The notes below the pieces were generated by a model. The model was given only the letters and a program-made list of their open reading frames with translations, was not told where the DNA came from and made no database searches. Source: Prorocentrum cordatum (Eukaryota). From it: a DNA stretch of 50,523 bases. The translations under genes and the position numbers were made by a program. The stretch spans positions 620,001-670,523 of the forward strand of contig CAUYUJ010000092.1 in NCBI GenBank assembly GCA_963575745.1, read 5' to 3'. Positions 49,401-50,523 of this stretch are shown here, piece by piece; position 1 is the first letter of the stretch, and the number at the start of each line of letters is the position of its first letter.

Positions 49401-50314
49401 GTGGTTGGCAGAATGGCAGATGTCTCAGGCCAGGCTGCCTCAGAGGTAAGAATAAGAATGGAGATCTCTGGCTGAGAATTCGGCATCTCGTGCAGGATCG
49501 ACCTTGCGGCGTCTCCTCGGTCACGGTGCTCTGGACCCCATCTCATGCCGATCCCCAGACTCTTCACGGTTTTCAGAAATTCCTAGCTCTCGGCAATCAG
49601 CAAGCCGATGACCTTGCGGGAAGCGCGGCCCACAAGTCGGCCACCCTTGCCCTCCCGCCTGTGCCCAGGACTGACGAATACGATGCTATCGCAGCGATTG
49701 TCCGACAGCGGGCACGACTAATCCTACGGTCCTTAGGAAAGAATTCAGAGCCTCGAGGACTGTGGCCAGAGAGGCAACCCACGCAGGAGGCAGCCCCTCG
49801 TTCTCTGTTGCAGACCGCGATCGCGGCTTCACAGCACAAATTCGAGCGGTGTGCAGACAAATGGCGATGCTCTGCCTGCCTCATCATCGTCGATGCTTGC
49901 CAGGTTATTCCAGCCGCCGCCACGGAGTGTGTACCGCCTTGCCCCCTTCCCGAGTTTGCTGCGTGGGGCGAGGTGCTGTGGTCGAGGGGTCCCCGTGTGA
50001 TCAGTGGCAAGGCGATACACCCCTCCCACACGTTGGCCACCATCCCCAAGTGGCAAATGTTCTTCTGCGTGAAGTGCGGCCATACGGCCACACACCAGGT
50101 CAAAAGCTTACAGTTCCCTTGCCCTCGCACCCACCAAGTTGGAGAGCGCAGGGCCCTGGGACCCACTGGCAAAGGCCTCGAAAACCTCAGCAGGATCAGG
50201 CGAGGCCTCCATCCGTCCAGATCGGGTCCCAGCAAGTCTGTTCTAGAGGCTATGCATGTTTCGGCAGCCGAAGCCGCGATCGTTTCTCACGCGGCTGGCG
50301 CTGCCTCTGAGTAA
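43460..50314 (+). CDS. LINE ORF2: APE endonuclease (~45385-46060), RT (~47170-48045), zinc knuckle, RNase H (~49150-49615), C-terminal Cys/His domains; start at 43460 or ~44918
   Basis: FFSNIT, ALVETH, ILADWN, TIDFALV; KARGVD, LLDIQKFYD, GIIAGSP, TFVDD, DLGV; LFGDGS, QTVPRGEL, FVTDH, NGDLW, WTPSH, GNQQADDLA. Confidence 0.93.
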   Translation: MPSSAGEQVDTASPRPVPGLSSPTVLFNAPCASCCPQVSFLCSSARPWRLRSSAAATSSATPARTPGTGRPSRRATGVAKLWRRGQMPRLRCKVLGRPVSQPQPRPRPSAPSSPAPREVGSRGHHGPSPAAAVARATTRTKTTTGGPARTTPPRLAPPRTSWRSSRRSPPTSTRQPLTASGRRFRRPGRRSQPTSTTSTAAPRLRSAAARTTWRGCWRASRRRSAGTQSASRRRRRPPTSWLKPRRRPKRLSTHSQPPARAAQLLQRRRSRTRPSTSPASSRTATSPSKRVQRSISKASTSTTATARHGNPCNSALPRSSRPRSLSSSATPPAASASSEQRPAPCARASPPSGSALTRMGTPEREVDHRPPPRLQQANPQRQPQRMLRALRPLRQRRQAMSLPHLLLALLLTAATPHSLCLHSTRTPTSKTRHRRCSARCASPLLPPPLDRSSLFSRLQPDPGRNGETGRLPSETTIYDNPPIINTMDAVLDPFDELAELDAHIDFAVSEQCATAPPETLSSVGGDEAAQTVDPVVWDPGQPQRATRSDPDAAPPETLSSVGSDETAQAVDVHVVQEPGEPSPKANPDAAPPKTQSLVGGDEMAKAVDTPAGKGPWKPSSPRADPSPAYQDEGHTKPPLSDHSLFFSNITQWGPQSEKWLAGPGKQYQMVALVETHISPGKAPPLYDKLAADGWRISSTTATPTNRSDGGNTGGEIILSRYHVQATTFNHLRDLAISQRRPDPFLGFTPMVWHRRSGNLVVIAAYLEPHRQIEGAVHDKLLSLGAFVTMLTDPWNILADWNMTPEQLAATEWLAKWNATIVRAPGSATCDKGQGLTIDFALVKTGIEHTISIRQCPTVPWATHVGLEVRAGSADPWWYQSIDAPKSFPIVDRPRIPPDPNSKTAIKKRKTAEARAARLRDLPPELQQAAAQLQPQDEPAAQEPIPYAIPMDLWEKQWQEAVPTRCKQPHAHFVCRHWVHDADVLNLKYAKWVTALENTMISHHQIDPKEAAAYTGRAQGYQLSWKKTAAAPGRVRVRDPHSEWWAITLTLIKRYAALHDKPKHTALMQQQATIIQQRADHFNTHMHDLQFEKDEDTIFRWFALVWAPHLDKDDTDDLVTITATWASRALPAALAKSKRAYGAWLAQQWKHRPGVLHAHVKPAPARHIEAYAANLTIADPTVIMDNKKQQWQQVWQATETSDDILQALSKAKAAAAHQPLEPITAETVHRIHGRMPPSKARGVDALGPRDLHRLPEPAVEAYADILNSVEQAGIWPLQISGTIAALAAKKSGGDRVLGMLPHMARLWSRIRSTASAAWTQGLDDFWTTAIKGPSALQAALHRALLDETASALGIQSATLLLDIQKFYDNIKLANLIMVGLNCGFPPIILLLEVQLYLAPRFLRSRQWVSMPIFASKGIIAGSPHGTTLARLILLPILRQARAQAELAQMWTFVDDAVLRVEGVLRALQKHLPRAARTLCDGLKEFELPISDKTVLIGSTPKVRHSLAKKMRQYDIPVTAISTAVDLGVDAAAATRRVQAKARKRQISATARFRKIHRLRSTAQQARISAGLWRTGALPEGVFGHQVRGLARHALLRWRRQAAIAATGAAAGRCLTSLLGATFDGMDPGVALRIELIEAWLQHWIRHPSTHARIIRAWPRIKTTLLAAGPKLWCKVKGPTGAAIATLLEASWEPTSATKWRRTKGGYIEEWNLPPADDPDLLDADIHTVLQDLSEDLHRLLWTQAATHAHGDTLAGGADMVTIRIEQRRFLANGDFSDWALNNAIISGGQWTRDRLHNAGYQIDRNCDRCSAGVPETWFHRMWQREANIGPEFEASDKLLPRALAGADADPALRLRGIPSVALTTPTLEPLTGRDGWGFVGAVREGLPSWEGARNAEGELFLFGDGSGGAFSDDVRRRRVGSGLAALRWNPPSASWTLHAGLLAPLPGPRQTVPRGELYAFCLALETCHQDFTFVTDHLALQRGWQNGRCLRPGCLRGKNKNGDLWLRIRHLVQDRPCGVSSVTVLWTPSHADPQTLHGFQKFLALGNQQADDLAGSAAHKSATLALPPVPRTDEYDAIAAIVRQRARLILRSLGKNSEPRGLWPERQPTQEAAPRSLLQTAIAASQHKFERCADKWRCSACLIIVDACQVIPAAATECVPPCPLPEFAAWGEVLWSRGPRVISGKAIHPSHTLATIPKWQMFFCVKCGHTATHQVKSLQFPCPRTHQVGERRALGPTGKGLENLSRIRRGLHPSRSGPSKSVLEAMHVSAAEAAIVSHAAGAASE
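43600..44826 (+). CDS. LINE ORF1 (408 aa): N-terminal RanBP2-like C4 zinc finger + coiled coil
   Basis: MAPPQQRSGYVKCYSCSYAWNWKTKQTCYWCG; heptad-rich ERRCKNNLERLLESEQ...LAEAQAEAQAAL. Confidence 0.85.
   Translation: MAPPQQRSGYVKCYSCSYAWNWKTKQTCYWCGKALAPWTDAPPPVQGAWAARVSAAAQAEAKCTQQSSPEGGWEPWSSWPKSRRRRGKGNDKDQDDDWWASKNDTPKARPAEDILAELQAIAPHIDKAAIDGIRSQIPPPRPQKPADLNDIYSRAQATERRCKNNLERLLESEQKALSWYTERKQASEEAAYKLAEAQAEAQAALDALPAARKGGTATSTPSQQNPTFNLTSLLEDGDISIEAGAAFDLQGLDIDDSDRQAWESLQQRFATELKAKVTELFGNTASRISQLRAEASTMRTRFASKRQRADEDGHAREGGGSPPAASAAAGEPPAAAAADAEGTAPSPPAAPSDEPPAPAAGASSDGGYATQPVPALNKDPDLEDKAQKMLSQMRKPTAAAAAGPQQPL
45001..45285 (+). repeat. Three in-frame ~111-114 bp repeats in the ORF2 N-terminal region
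   Basis: APPETLSSVGGDEAAQTVD-like peptide occurs three times. Confidence 0.85.
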
Positions 50315-50523
50315 ATTGTGAGGCCAGGGGGGCCTGTCGCGGTGTGCCGTGGGATGTCGCCCCCCACGGCTCTCCGAGAAATTCTGGATGGCCCCCCTGG
50401 CGTCTCTGGGTTCCCGAACGGACTACGTCCGATTGCTCCACTCCACTCCTCCTCCTCCTCCTCCTCCTCCTCCTCCTCCTCTTCCTCCTCCTCCTCCTCC
50501 TCCTCCTCCTCCTCCTCCTCCTC

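Larger units (their letters stand above)
43438..50445 (+). mobile_element. Apparently full-length non-LTR retrotransposon (ORF1 + APE-RT-RNase H ORF2) in a (CCT)n tract
   Basis: SL at the 5' end, two uninterrupted ORFs, ~130-nt 3' UTR, (CCT)n on both sides. Confidence 0.92.

Overview
Eukaryotic, repeat-dominated genomic DNA, almost certainly dinoflagellate. It has three copies of the 22-nt dinoflagellate spliced leader (DinoSL, DCCGTAGCCATTTTGGCTCAAG), AG|G exon junctions with GC/GA donors, and GC-rich exons between microsatellites. Most of the window is a stack of non-LTR retroelements: (1) a decayed, 5'-truncated L1/Tx1-like LINE (~1338-3714, minus); (2) a ~14.5-kb L1/Tx1-like LINE (~19.6-34.2 kb, minus) whose ORF1 contains a complete ubiquitin and whose RT is split by a Helitron2/Helentron-like satellite carrier; (3) an apparently full-length APE-RT-RNase H LINE (43438-~50445, plus) that starts exactly with a DinoSL; (4) a 5'-truncated relative of (3) at ~18.0-19.2 kb; and (5) a short SL-headed retroposon. 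Four of these five end in, and three are flanked on both sides by, (CCT)n on their own sense strand. Host content is limited to three exons of a DUF72 gene and a probable orphan exon. The rest is MITEs, 72-90 bp satellites, an 830-bp unit duplicated within (CTA)n tracts, and trinucleotide microsatellites. Most ORF-track entries are low-complexity artefacts. Family assignments come from recognising motifs by eye; no database searches were run.
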